The notes beneath the pieces are model-generated. The model saw only the letters and a list, made by a program, of their open reading frames with translations, did not search any database and was not told the origin of the DNA. A DNA stretch of 58,278 bases. Origin: an uncultured Gammaproteobacteria bacterium (lineage in GTDB: Bacteria > Patescibacteriota > Microgenomatia > UBA10105 > UBA927). Numbering within the stretch: position 1 is the stretch's first letter; each line of letters opens with the position of its first letter. Location: the NCBI GenBank assembly GCA_964449675.1, contig CAYVAR010000003.1, forward strand, positions 1 to 58,278. Reading direction: 5' to 3'. Positions 17,472 through 26,259 of this stretch are shown here, in pieces. The position numbers and the translations under genes were made by a program.

Positions 17472-18544
17472 TCATAGGCGTAGATGCTGGAATGCTTGGA
17501 GTAGCTGATAATCGACTCAAGGTAGGCGTGTGGCGTGTTGCGGTAGAACTGCTCAAAATATTGGGTAAAAACGGAGATCATACATACCGACTCTATAGCT
17601 TTCGTCCTATAGACCCACAACTTCTTAAGGAGTTTGGATCTTCAATGAAAAATATCGTGCTTGCCCCTTCGATAGGATTTCGTAAAATACGCTTGCCTAT
17701 TGAGCTACGTCTCCATCCTGTCGACTGTTTTCTCGCCTTGGGTCAAGCGCTTCCTCCGATACTTCCTAAGAAAACCATCGGTTTTGTATACGATATCGCC
17801 TTTCTACAAACGCCCCAAGCATATCCCGATTCATACCAGAAATTAAAAGATCAGACACATAATCTCATAAAACGGTCAAGCCACATAATTACAATTTCTC
17901 ATGCTGTCAAAAAAGATCTTACAAAAACATATGATGTCCCAGACGAAAAAATTACTGTCGCGTATCCTGGCGTCAGCAGTATATTTTTAAAAAAAGGAAA
18001 AACGATGCATACTGTTCGTCCATATTTTCTGTTTGTCGGAAGTCTGAAACGCGGAAAAAATGTCTCCTTCATCATTAAAGCATTTGCTCAATTTTTATCT
18101 ATGAGCAATACACACTATAACCTTTTATTAATTGGAAGTAATTATTGGAAAGACCCGCAGATTACACAAGCTATTTCTCGGTTTCATTTAGAGAGTCGAG
18201 TAAAGCTTATGGGATTTATTCCTGATAATGAACTTGCATGTTATTACCGAGGCGCACTTGCTTTCGTGTCACCATCTCTTGCAGAAGGATTTGGTTTGCC
18301 GGTTGTTGAAGCGATGGCCTGTGGTTGTCCAGTGATTGTATCTGATACTGCGGTATGCAAAGAAATAGTCGGCGATAACGGGATATTCATAGACCCGTCA
18401 GATACGAAAAAACTCGCCCAGGCTATGAAAAAGATGACGGAAGGCCCTGTTCGAGATTCCTTGCGGAAGAAGGGGATTACACGATCCCAACAATTTTCAT
18501 GGAAATTATTTGCAAGCAAAATACTTTCGTGCATCAATACATAA
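17468..18544 (+). CDS. glycosyltransferase family 4 (GT-B fold)
   Basis: C-terminal EGFGLPVVEAMACGCPVIVSD motif. 4-nt overlap with the upstream gene. Confidence 0.9.
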   Translation: MIIGVDAGMLGVADNRLKVGVWRVAVELLKILGKNGDHTYRLYSFRPIDPQLLKEFGSSMKNIVLAPSIGFRKIRLPIELRLHPVDCFLALGQALPPILPKKTIGFVYDIAFLQTPQAYPDSYQKLKDQTHNLIKRSSHIITISHAVKKDLTKTYDVPDEKITVAYPGVSSIFLKKGKTMHTVRPYFLFVGSLKRGKNVSFIIKAFAQFLSMSNTHYNLLLIGSNYWKDPQITQAISRFHLESRVKLMGFIPDNELACYYRGALAFVSPSLAEGFGLPVVEAMACGCPVIVSDTAVCKEIVGDNGIFIDPSDTKKLAQAMKKMTEGPVRDSLRKKGITRSQQFSWKLFASKILSCINT

Positions 18545-18559
18545 TGGTATACAATATCC

Positions 18560-19336
18560 ATGATGATTTCAGTAGTTGTTTTGACGCACAACGATGAAGT
18601 ACACCTAGCAAAAACGCTTGAGAGCCTTTCTTGGTGCGATGAGCTCATTGTTGTTGATGACCAGTCGAGAGACAAATCATGTGAAATCGCTAAACACCAT
18701 GGTGCTAGTGTTTTTGTTCATGCGCTTCAAGATGATTTTGCCGCGCAGAGGAATTTTGGATTAAGTAAAGTAAAAGAAGATTGGGTGTTGTTTGTCGACT
18801 CCGACGAAATTGTTACACCAGAGCTTGCTACTGAGATTAAACAGCTTACACAAGCTTTGCGTGATGGAGAATCTACAATTCAGAATTCAAAATTGAAGAA
18901 TGGATATTATATAAGGCGAAAAGACTTCTTGTTTGGAAGATGGCTTGAGCATGGAGAAACGGCGAACGTGAAACTGCTTCGTTTGGCGCGAAAAGATGCT
19001 GGAGAATGGATTCGGCCGGTTCATGAAGTTTGGGATGTGAAAGGACCAACGGGAGAATTATTCCATCCGCTCCTCCACTATCCTCACCAGAACGTCGCAC
19101 AATTTTTAGATGAAATTAATCGATATTCTTCTCTTAATGCACACTACTTATATAACCAAGGTGTTCATGTACATTGGTGGCATATTATCGTATATCCAAA
19201 AGTAAAATTTTTTCTTAATTACATTTGGTACCTAGGATTTTTAGACGGAACCGGCGGTATAATTGTAGCCCTCATGATGAGTTTTCATTCATTTCTCACC
19301 CGGTCTAAACTTTGGAAACTCTGGGATAAAACATGA
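18560..19336 (+). CDS. glycosyltransferase family 2
   Basis: ISVVVLTHNDEVHLAKTLESL, LIVVDDQSRD, and FVDSDE (DxD). Confidence 0.85.
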   Translation: MMISVVVLTHNDEVHLAKTLESLSWCDELIVVDDQSRDKSCEIAKHHGASVFVHALQDDFAAQRNFGLSKVKEDWVLFVDSDEIVTPELATEIKQLTQALRDGESTIQNSKLKNGYYIRRKDFLFGRWLEHGETANVKLLRLARKDAGEWIRPVHEVWDVKGPTGELFHPLLHYPHQNVAQFLDEINRYSSLNAHYLYNQGVHVHWWHIIVYPKVKFFLNYIWYLGFLDGTGGIIVALMMSFHSFLTRSKLWKLWDKT

Positions 19337-20517
19337 AGATTCTTTTTATTTTGTTTTTTACATCATTAGCTCTCGGGCACCTGGTCGCTATACCGATTTC
19401 GTCAACCGCCGTCCTGTACCTTCATGATATGTTATTGATTTTGATACTTCTCGTCTCCAGTGTGCGTTTGATAGTTTTCAGAAGAAACATTGCTTGGCCA
19501 CGTCTTACTAAGCCAATTCTACTTTTTATGTCAATTGGAGGTATTTCCCTTCTCGTAAATAGTTCCCGATTTACTCAACCAGAACTTATTACAAGTTCGT
19601 TGTATCTATTTCGATGGGTAGCGTATGGAGCTCTCTATGGAGTTGTTGTCTCAGGTAAACTTGATCCCCGATTTTTTGTGCGCGGCCTGTACGGTGCGGG
19701 ACTGGTCATTACACTTTTAGGAATAGCGCAATTTTTTTTCTATCCGGATCTGCGAAATCTCTATTATTTAGGTTGGGACCCTCATTATCAGCGACTATTT
19801 TCTACACTTTTGGACCCAAATTTTTCAGGATTACTGTTTGTTCTCATGTTTTCTCATACATCGTTTGTGTTTTCCAGGAAACAAAACATACTTCGTTTTT
19901 TATGCATGACGCTTATCCTCTCGGCGCTTCTTCTGACATTTTCTCGAAGTAGTTATATCGCTTTTGCTGCCTCCCTTATTACTGTTGGGATAGTACTAAA
20001 AAAATGGAAAGACATATTGCTTATGCTTGCTTTTTTTATCGTATTGATTTTACTTTTACCAAAAAGTGGAGAAGGACAAAATATCACAAGGATTACGTCG
20101 TCTCTGGCTCGTTTAGAAAATTGGCAGGAAGGTTGGCAGTTATTTGTAAGATATCCTCTTTTTGGTCATGGATTCAATACGCTTCGCTATGTGAGGATGA
20201 CAACGGATCAATATCTTTTAAGTGGGGAGATTATTACTTCCAGAGCTCTCTCTGGTCTTGATAACAGTATACTTTTTATATTAGCAACAACAGGTATTGT
20301 GGGTTTTGCTGCATATGCCTGGATTGGAAAAAGGATGATTATGCTTGCGAGTCAACTTAACAAGGAAGATGGTCACATAAAGGCTATGTATATTTCGATG
20401 CTGGTAGCAGTACTCATACACAGTCTTTTTACTAATAGTCTCTTTTACCCATGGGTGATGATTTGGTTGTGGTTTATGACGGGTACCATCGAACGAAGAA
20501 TTAGGGCGCGTAAGTAA
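19333..20517 (+). CDS. O-antigen ligase/polymerase-like (Wzy_C family) membrane protein
   Basis: About 10 TM helices, a central TFSRSSYIAF motif, and a loop with FGHGFNT. 4-nt overlap with the upstream GT2 gene. Confidence 0.7.
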   Translation: MKILFILFFTSLALGHLVAIPISSTAVLYLHDMLLILILLVSSVRLIVFRRNIAWPRLTKPILLFMSIGGISLLVNSSRFTQPELITSSLYLFRWVAYGALYGVVVSGKLDPRFFVRGLYGAGLVITLLGIAQFFFYPDLRNLYYLGWDPHYQRLFSTLLDPNFSGLLFVLMFSHTSFVFSRKQNILRFLCMTLILSALLLTFSRSSYIAFAASLITVGIVLKKWKDILLMLAFFIVLILLLPKSGEGQNITRITSSLARLENWQEGWQLFVRYPLFGHGFNTLRYVRMTTDQYLLSGEIITSRALSGLDNSILFILATTGIVGFAAYAWIGKRMIMLASQLNKEDGHIKAMYISMLVAVLIHSLFTNSLFYPWVMIWLWFMTGTIERRIRARK

Positions 20518-20571
20518 ATAATCTTTACAACTTTTCCATTGTACTTCGCGCCACAAAGGAGCGTAATCGCC

Positions 20572-21276
20572 TTAGCGAGAATAGGTAACGTGGCGCTCGA
20601 GGATCGTTTGATTGCCGGCCGGATCTGTCGCGATTATCGTAAGAGTATTTAATCCTTCGGAAAGCTGCGCTTTAAAGCTAAAGGATCCATCTTTTAAAAG
20701 TAGGACAAATCGGTCATTGATAGTGACCGTGTTTTCTTCTTCTGTTTTTCCTTGAACGGAAAAAGTAGCATCGTCACTTATGATATTTGCATCCTCTTGC
20801 GGGCTAGCGATTTCAAGAAGTGGTTTAGACTTTTTTACTATAACTTTTATGACATTAGACAAATCACTGAGGGTCCCTTTTTGGTCAAGAGTTTTTGCGC
20901 TAATAGTATTATCTCCTTCTTTAGCCGAAAGCTCTACTGAAAAGGCACCATCCTTTGGAACCGTGAGTTTTTTCGTTTCAGATTCGTTGAGATAGATGAT
21001 GAGCGTGATATCCGGTTGGGCTTTGCCGATGATCTTGAGAGAAGCACTATTGGTGGCTTCAGGGAGGGCATCAAGAACTGGGGGTAAAAGGATAGACTGC
21101 TGTTCTTTTTGTGGCGTGTTTCCTCGAATTTTATCGATGAATAAACTAAACCCTACTAGTAGTTTTAAACCGAAAAGTAGGAGAAATACCATGATCCCGA
21201 CGCTTCCCAGTACAGATAAAATCAATCGTTTCTGTTGTTTTTTTTCTTCAAATCTACTTAAGCGAGTTAAAGCCAT
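20572..21276 (-). CDS. membrane-anchored protein with two Ig-like beta-sandwich repeats
   Basis: Basic N-terminus plus one TM helix, then two similar beta-rich segments (...LKIIGKAQPDITLIIYLNESE... and ...FSVQGKTEEENTVTINDRF... LNTLTIIATDPAGN). Confidence 0.55.
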   Translation of the reverse strand: MALTRLSRFEEKKQQKRLILSVLGSVGIMVFLLLFGLKLLVGFSLFIDKIRGNTPQKEQQSILLPPVLDALPEATNSASLKIIGKAQPDITLIIYLNESETKKLTVPKDGAFSVELSAKEGDNTISAKTLDQKGTLSDLSNVIKVIVKKSKPLLEIASPQEDANIISDDATFSVQGKTEEENTVTINDRFVLLLKDGSFSFKAQLSEGLNTLTIIATDPAGNQTILERHVTYSR

Positions 21277-21310
21277 ATTCAGTTTTTAGTGAAATTAACT
21301 ATATCACATA

Positions 21311-21559
21311 TTAAATCGGGAGGTGGACTTGTGGAGAGGGAGATGGTGGTGACTGCTTTTTTTTCTGCCGAACGTTACGCTTTAGAGCATCAGATACAGC
21401 AAGCTCAAGAAGGTCGCTTCTTGCAATCGCATAGATACCATTTTTCCCCGCTGAAAGTTTTCGGGCACGAAGGGTTTTTTCCTCTATCCAACGGCGGATG
21501 GTGTCTGGGTGTTTATGCAGGAAGGCAGCTGCTTCTTTGACCGTCACAATCTCTTTCAC
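21311..21559 (-). CDS. excisionase-family helix-turn-helix DNA-binding protein
   Basis: VTVKEAAAFLHKHPDTIRRWIEEKTLRARKLSAGKNGIYAIARSDL matches the excisionase/MerR-type HTH pattern. It lies beside tRNA-Thr. Confidence 0.7.
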   Translation of the reverse strand: MKEIVTVKEAAAFLHKHPDTIRRWIEEKTLRARKLSAGKNGIYAIARSDLLELAVSDALKRNVRQKKKQSPPSPSPQVHLPI

Positions 21560-21682
21560 AGCAATTTCAAGTATAGCATACTATAGAATCCGACGGCCCA
21601 CTTACATGAGATTGAGCTGAAAGGGCGAAATGAACACAGAGGACCCACGCTTTATCCCAGTACCATTTAGCCGACACGTATG

Positions 21683-21755
21683 AGCCGACTGTCGGGATCG
21701 AACCGACGACCTACGCTTTACGAAAGCGCCGCTCTGCCAACTGAGCTAAGTCGGC
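21683..21755 (-). tRNA. tRNA-Thr (anticodon CGT)
   Basis: Manual cloverleaf on the minus strand: GCCGACT TA GCTC AGTTGGCA GAGC G GCGCT TTCGTAA AGCGT AGGTC GTCGG TTCGATC CCGAC AGTCGGC T. Confidence 0.9.
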
Positions 21756-21813
21756 GTATATGTACGGGATTCTGCAAATCTAATTCTGATATTACCAAAA
21801 TCAGAAAGATTGT

Positions 21814-21854
21814 GCTGGGACGAAAGCGTTGCTCTACCCCTGAGCTACTTCGGC
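21814..21854 (-). pseudogene. tRNA 5'-half fragment (Thr-CGT-like, truncated right after the anticodon)
   Basis: The minus strand reads GCCGAAG TA GCTC AGGGGTA GAGC A ACGCT TTCGT then diverges. There is no 3' anticodon strand, T arm or acceptor 3' strand. Confidence 0.6.
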
Positions 21855-21894
21855 GTGCCAGTTTACCAGCTGAGCTATGTCGGCGTCACGCGTA
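21855..21894 (-). pseudogene. tRNA 5' fragment (acceptor plus partial D arm only)
   Basis: The minus strand reads GCCGACA TA GCTC AGCTGGTAAACTGGCAC. The D stem is not closed and nothing tRNA-like follows. Confidence 0.5.
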
Positions 21895-22148
21895 ATTATA
21901 TAGTATTATCTGTTATAATACTTCCTATATGTATACATCTATTTAGATGTGCCGGAAACGAATAAAAAAGCAGACGCTCTTGCCAAGCGATACAAAATGA
22001 AACCCATGTTTGAAACCGCACGAATGTACACGAAAACCCCACCGGAGGTAGCGCTTCATCGAGTTTTTGGCGTGACTACGTTTGAGCTGGGATAACATAT
22101 GAATCAACAACAATGCAATCAATTTGCTCGATATATCGTCAAGAACAT

Positions 22149-22676
22149 ATGAAAATAATAGATTTAACCCAGCAACTTTTTGACCACATGCCAGCTTACC
22201 CAGGCGATCCGGAGGTGATTATTGAAGAAATTCATACGATCAAAAATCAAGGCTGGAATCTTCGAAACATGACTTTTTCGACCCATATTGGCACTCATGT
22301 TAATGTGCCGTATCATATGGTGCAAAGTGGTAAAACGCTTGATGATTTTTCTCTCGATATCTTTATGGGAAAATGCACAGTGTATAAACCTGGAATGCAA
22401 TTTCAAAAAGACGTAGGTGTGATTTTTCATGATCCAAACATTGACAATCTACTCGCAGATCAATTGATTAAATCCTTGCCAAAATTTATTGGCATAAGTA
22501 ATAAATATGAGTTTGACGTAGCGATAGAAAAGAAATTGTTACGCCATGGCATTATTTCCTACGAAAATCTAACCAACACCGAGGCGCTTCCCGATGAGTT
22601 CTTCTTTTACGGTCTACCTCTAAATATTAAGGGTGGCGACGGTAGCCCTGTTCGCGCTTTTGCGGTAGTGGGGTAG
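22149..22676 (+). CDS. cyclase-family protein (kynurenine formamidase-like)
   Basis: HMPAYPGDP and STHIGTHVNVPYH resemble the HxGTHxDxPxH cyclase/arylformamidase motif, with N in place of D. The start at MKIIDL is preferred. Confidence 0.7.
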   Translation: MKIIDLTQQLFDHMPAYPGDPEVIIEEIHTIKNQGWNLRNMTFSTHIGTHVNVPYHMVQSGKTLDDFSLDIFMGKCTVYKPGMQFQKDVGVIFHDPNIDNLLADQLIKSLPKFIGISNKYEFDVAIEKKLLRHGIISYENLTNTEALPDEFFFYGLPLNIKGGDGSPVRAFAVVG

Positions 22677-22750
22677 TTATTTCTTTTCCTCAAACTGAAG
22701 AGGCACTTCTCTTACATCGGTAAATCAAAAAATGTCACCTTTCCTTCGTG

Positions 22751-22822
22751 AGCGGGTGAGGGGAAATCGAACCCCCGCCTCATCCTTGGGAAGGATGCAT
22801 CCTACCATTGGACCACACCCGC
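22751..22822 (-). tRNA. tRNA-Gly (anticodon CCC)
   Basis: Minus strand: GCGGGTG TG GTCC AATGGTA GGAT G CATCC TTCCCAA GGATG AGGC GGGGG TTCGATT(T) CCCC(T) CACCCGC T. The T arm needs either an 8-nt loop or a G-U closing pair. Confidence 0.8.
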
Positions 22823-22882
22823 CGCGTCAAACGCGGCTGGCACGTTTGACGTGCCGCATATAGGTATTATATTGTATCACGA

Positions 22883-23440
22883 CTAGGGCAGAGTAAAGAC
22901 GTTACCTGCGTGTATGAGATCGGGATTAACTAAGTTATTGGCACGTGCTATATCTACCCACCTGTATCCACTTCCATACTGCGCTGTCGCTATATTCCAC
23001 AAATTATCTCCGTGTACCACTCTATATACTTTTGTTTGAATCGTTTGTGTAGGTGTAGGAGAAACTTCTGTCATGCTTCCAGAAGCAATTTCTCCAGAGG
23101 ACGTTGCGTCAGGTTTTACCTCTGGTATGGTAAGAGATTGACCAACTTCTAGTGCTTCCGGATTTGATAGATTATTCGCTTTTTGAATATCCACCCAGTT
23201 ATATCCATTTTTGTAATATGTCTGCGCTATACTCCAAAGCGTTTCTCCTTTGGCTACTGCATGGGTAAGCGGGAGACTTTTTTGCCCTTCTTGTTGCGAT
23301 TGATTTACTTTGGACTGTTCACGCTTACCGGATACATAATTAAACACTAACGTCCCAACGACGAGTATTACTGCAAGGCCGAGAATAAGCGATACAAAAG
23401 AATCAGGTGATTGTAGTCGTTTTGTAAGATTGTTTACCAT
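22883..23440 (-). CDS. LysM-domain protein (membrane anchor plus two LysM repeats)
   Basis: N-terminal TM helix and two LysM repeats: HAVAKGETLWSIAQTYYKNGYNWVDIQKANNL...LEVGQSLTIP and YRVVHGDNLWNIATAQYGSGYRWVDIARANNL...IHAGNVFTLP. Confidence 0.85.
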   Translation of the reverse strand: MVNNLTKRLQSPDSFVSLILGLAVILVVGTLVFNYVSGKREQSKVNQSQQEGQKSLPLTHAVAKGETLWSIAQTYYKNGYNWVDIQKANNLSNPEALEVGQSLTIPEVKPDATSSGEIASGSMTEVSPTPTQTIQTKVYRVVHGDNLWNIATAQYGSGYRWVDIARANNLVNPDLIHAGNVFTLP

Positions 23441-23483
23441 TAAAAAGAGTTTCCTCCGTTCCGGGTAGATATGAATGCTTATG

Positions 23484-23557
23484 CGGGCCCGAGCGGATTC
23501 GAACCGCCGATCTCGTCCTTGACAGGGACGCGTGTTAGGCCACTACACCACGAGCCC
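23484..23557 (-). tRNA. tRNA-Asp (anticodon GTC)
   Basis: Minus strand: GGGCTCG TG GTGT AGTGGCCTA ACAC G CGTCC CTGTCAA GGACG AGATC GGCGG TTCGAAT CCGCT CGGGCCC G. Confidence 0.9.
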
Positions 23558-23648
23558 AAAAGATACTCATTATATACTGTATGAATAGTCGTGGGTTATT
23601 ATAATTGAAATTAGAGATTGATACAATGCGTATGTTAGGATTAAAGAT

Positions 23649-25472
23649 ATGACAAATCTAGAAATAGCACAACTTTTTCGAAAAGTGAGCGCTGCATATC
23701 AAATTCTTGACGAAAACCGGTTCAAAATTATAGCGTATGATAGAGCCGCTGATAGCATAGAGCACCTGACGAGTGACGCCAAAGACCTTTGGGATGACGG
23801 GAAACTCAATGACATACCCGGTATTGGAGAGGGAATCGCGCATTACCTTGATGAATTATTTCGGACGGGAAAAGTCAAGCACTTCGATGACGTGATGAAA
23901 CGGGTGCCTGAGGCGGTATTTCCGCTCCTTCTTGTACCTGGTATCGGACCCAAAAAAGCCTATCGACTCGTCAAAGAGTTTGGGTTTATCAAAGCTGATA
24001 CGGTTATATCAGACTTGGCAAAGGCTGCTAAGAACGGAAAAATTGCTCCGCTTGAAGGGTTTGGTGAAAAATCCCAAGAAATCATTTTGTCTTCGATAGC
24101 TCTTTTTAAGAAGGGTGCTATTAAAGAAAATCGAATGGAACTTCCTATTGCCGACGCGATTGCGCAGGAGATAATAACATATCTTCGTAAAATGAAGGAA
24201 GTGGAGCGTTTGGACGTGCTGGGAAGTTTACGTCGACAAGTATCAACAATTGGAGATATAGACCTTGCTGTGGCAACGAAAAAACCTCTGCAAGTGACCA
24301 GTCATTTTGTGAAATATCCTCATGAGAAATTAATCGATGAAGGACCGCATGGTGCGACGCTCCTTCTTCGTAGTGGTCGTCAGGTTGATTTACGAGTGCA
24401 AGATCCGAGTAAGTATGGTGCGATGCTTCAGTATTTTACTGGTTCAAAAAATCACAACATCAAACTTCGTTCATTGGCATTAGAAAAAGGCAAAAGCCTC
24501 AATGAATATGGCATAAAAGATATAAAAAGCCAAAGAACAAAATTTTTCGAAACTGAGGAAGCTTTTTATAAAGAAATTGGTCTTGACTTCATACCTCCGG
24601 AATTGCGTGAAGACAATGGTGAGATAGAACTTAGTCAAAACGGAAACCTACCGAACCTTGTTGAACTTAATAAAATCAAAGGAGATCTGCATATCCATAC
24701 CAATTATGATCTAGAACCGTCTCATGACCTCGGTATAGATCCATTAGTAAGTTATCTTGATCGGGCACAAGATCTTGGATACGAATATATCGGCCTGAGC
24801 GATCATAATCCAAGTATGATGAATCATAGTGAAAATAAAATTCTATCAATTATGAAGCGACGAAAGGAAGAATACGAACAGGCTTATTATACGTGGATAA
24901 AAAGTGTTCATAAACCCTTCGGCAAAGGGTTTCGACTGGGCTCAGCCGAACGTCCTCATGGAAAGCGAGTACAAATATTTATCATGTGTGAGGTAGATAT
25001 CCTTCCTGACGGGAAATTAGCACTAACGGATTATGCATTTGACTATGTCGATGCAGTTATAGTATCAATTCATTCAAGTTTTGGGCAACCAAAAGATATT
25101 GCGACTAAACGTGTCATACGTGCGTTGATGAGCCATCCGAAGGTACGTATTTTTGGACACCCAACCGGTAGGCTTTTGATGAAGCGAGAAGGCATTGAGC
25201 TTGATTGGGATGCTGTTTTTGCAACGTGCAAAGAACGATCGATTGCCCTTGAGATCAATGCCTATCCATCTCGACTTGACCTTCCTGACACCATTGTCTT
25301 TGATGCGGTCAAAGAAGGAGTGCGATGTTGTATCGATACCGATAGCCATGCCGTTGGTCAGATGGATATGATGCGCTATGGAGTATCAGTGGCAAGGCGT
25401 GGTTGGGCAACCGCTCGTGACATAGTTGATACGATGGAGTATAATGATTTCAAAAGCTGGCTTTTGAAATAA
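23649..25472 (+). CDS. polX: family X DNA polymerase with C-terminal PHP phosphoesterase domain
   Basis: N-terminal HhH (IPGIGEGIAHYLDEL, VPGIGPKKA), palm GSLRRQVSTIGDIDLAV, and PHP motifs GDLHIHTNYD and GLSDHN. Confidence 0.9.
   Translation: MTNLEIAQLFRKVSAAYQILDENRFKIIAYDRAADSIEHLTSDAKDLWDDGKLNDIPGIGEGIAHYLDELFRTGKVKHFDDVMKRVPEAVFPLLLVPGIGPKKAYRLVKEFGFIKADTVISDLAKAAKNGKIAPLEGFGEKSQEIILSSIALFKKGAIKENRMELPIADAIAQEIITYLRKMKEVERLDVLGSLRRQVSTIGDIDLAVATKKPLQVTSHFVKYPHEKLIDEGPHGATLLLRSGRQVDLRVQDPSKYGAMLQYFTGSKNHNIKLRSLALEKGKSLNEYGIKDIKSQRTKFFETEEAFYKEIGLDFIPPELREDNGEIELSQNGNLPNLVELNKIKGDLHIHTNYDLEPSHDLGIDPLVSYLDRAQDLGYEYIGLSDHNPSMMNHSENKILSIMKRRKEEYEQAYYTWIKSVHKPFGKGFRLGSAERPHGKRVQIFIMCEVDILPDGKLALTDYAFDYVDAVIVSIHSSFGQPKDIATKRVIRALMSHPKVRIFGHPTGRLLMKREGIELDWDAVFATCKERSIALEINAYPSRLDLPDTIVFDAVKEGVRCCIDTDSHAVGQMDMMRYGVSVARRGWATARDIVDTMEYNDFKSWLLK
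24912..24956 (+). repeat. GC-rich hairpin module in-frame in polX (KPFGKGFRLGSAERP)
   Basis: AAACCCTT-cggc-AAGGGTTT (8-bp stem) followed by GGCT-c-AGCC. It sits in a linker of the PHP region. Confidence 0.5.
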
Positions 25473-25596
25473 CTATCAAAATTAAAGCACCAATATTCAA
25501 ATAATTAAGGTAATGAATTGTTTTTTTTCTTTTTGATGCTTTGATATTGTTTGCTGCTTGAATATTGAAATTCGGTACTTTTGATGAGGAGGTAAT
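25473..25596. repeat. AT-rich spacer element with inverted k-mer arms (polX-lemA spacer)
   Basis: AAAGCACCAATATTCAAATAATT ... T-run ... GATATTGTTTGCTGCTTGAATATTGAAATT. It shares the GATATTGT core and AAGCACCAA/TGCTT arms with the elements at 42232 and 43274. Confidence 0.55.
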
Positions 25597-26154
25597 ATGC
25601 TTACGCCACTTTGGATACTCATTGGAGTTCTCGTATTACTAGGTCTTTACTTGCTTTCGTTATATAACGGCCTCGTTTCCCTCAAAACACAGATTGAGGA
25701 AGCGTGGAGTCAGATAGACGTGCAGCTCAAGCGTCGAGCTGATCTTATTCCTAACCTAGTAGAAACCGTGAAGGGATACGCCAAGCATGAAAAAGGTGTA
25801 TTTGCCGAAGTCACCAATGCGCGCAGCGCGCTTATGTCTGCAAAAACGCTTCCAAAGATGGCACAGGCAAGCGATATGTTGACTAACGCCATGGGCAAGC
25901 TATTTGCTATCGCGGAAAATTATCCGCAACTTAAGGCAAATGAAAATTTTGTTCAGCTGCAAAAAGAACTCTCTGATACAGAGGATAAAGTCGCCTATTC
26001 CAGGCAATACTACAATTCAGTTGTCTTGGATTTTAATACAAAGATACGTTTGTTCCCGAACAACATGCTTGCTTCAGGTTTAGGCTTTAGCGCTAAAGAA
26101 TTCTTTGGTGCTACAGATGAAGAGCGAAAGAGTGTGAAGGTCAATTTTAATTGA
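25597..26154 (+). CDS. lemA: LemA family protein
   Basis: N-terminal TM, YNGLVSLKTQIEEAWSQIDVQLKRRADLIPNLVETVKGYAKHE, and ENYPQLKAN. Confidence 0.9.
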   Translation: MLTPLWILIGVLVLLGLYLLSLYNGLVSLKTQIEEAWSQIDVQLKRRADLIPNLVETVKGYAKHEKGVFAEVTNARSALMSAKTLPKMAQASDMLTNAMGKLFAIAENYPQLKANENFVQLQKELSDTEDKVAYSRQYYNSVVLDFNTKIRLFPNNMLASGLGFSAKEFFGATDEERKSVKVNFN

Positions 26155-26258
26155 ACTCAAAACTCAAAGTTCAAAACTCATAAGTAAAACTCAAAACGAA
26201 AAAGCTAAAGACATTTGCCTCAGATTTGACTTTTGAGCTTTGACCTTTGAGTTATTTT
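26154..26258. repeat. periodic (~8-nt) imperfect inverted-repeat element in the lemA-htpX spacer
   Basis: The left arm is AACTCAAAACTCAAAGTTCAAAACTCATAAGTAAAACTCAAAAC. The right arm is GACTTTTGAGCTTTGACCTTTGAGTT, whose reverse complement reads AACTCAAAGGTCAAAGCTCAAAAGTC. Confidence 0.7.
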
Positions 26259-26259
26259 T

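Noticed and set aside
21680-21895. 71-aa plus-strand ORF (…AALPTELSRR…CSTPELLRR…ASLPAELCRR…)
   Set aside because: It is the antisense reading of tRNA-Thr and the two tRNA 5' fragments. The repeated LP(T/A)EL pattern is the complement of tRNA D arms.
21949-22095. 48-codon ORF (VPETNKKADALAKRYKMKPMFETARMYTKTPPEVALHRVFGVTTFELG) between the tRNA fragments and the cyclase gene
   Set aside because: It has only a GTG or internal ATG start, no visible ribosome-binding site and no recognisable motif. It could be a remnant of a degraded gene but cannot be supported from sequence alone.
20572-22112. An intact integrated prophage or genomic island at tRNA-Thr
   Set aside because: Only an excisionase-like HTH and tRNA fragments are present. 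There is no integrase, no structural or replication genes, and no clear direct att repeats of the tRNA 3' end.
22823-22860. Two small palindromes (GCCGCG-tcaaa-CGCGGC and GGCACG-tttga-CGTGCC) upstream of tRNA-Gly, with CGCGTCAAACGCG recurring in gatD at ~29347
   Set aside because: They are short (6-bp stems) and the shared 13-mer could be coincidental. Noted as possibly belonging to the modular hairpin family, but not strong enough to report as a finding.
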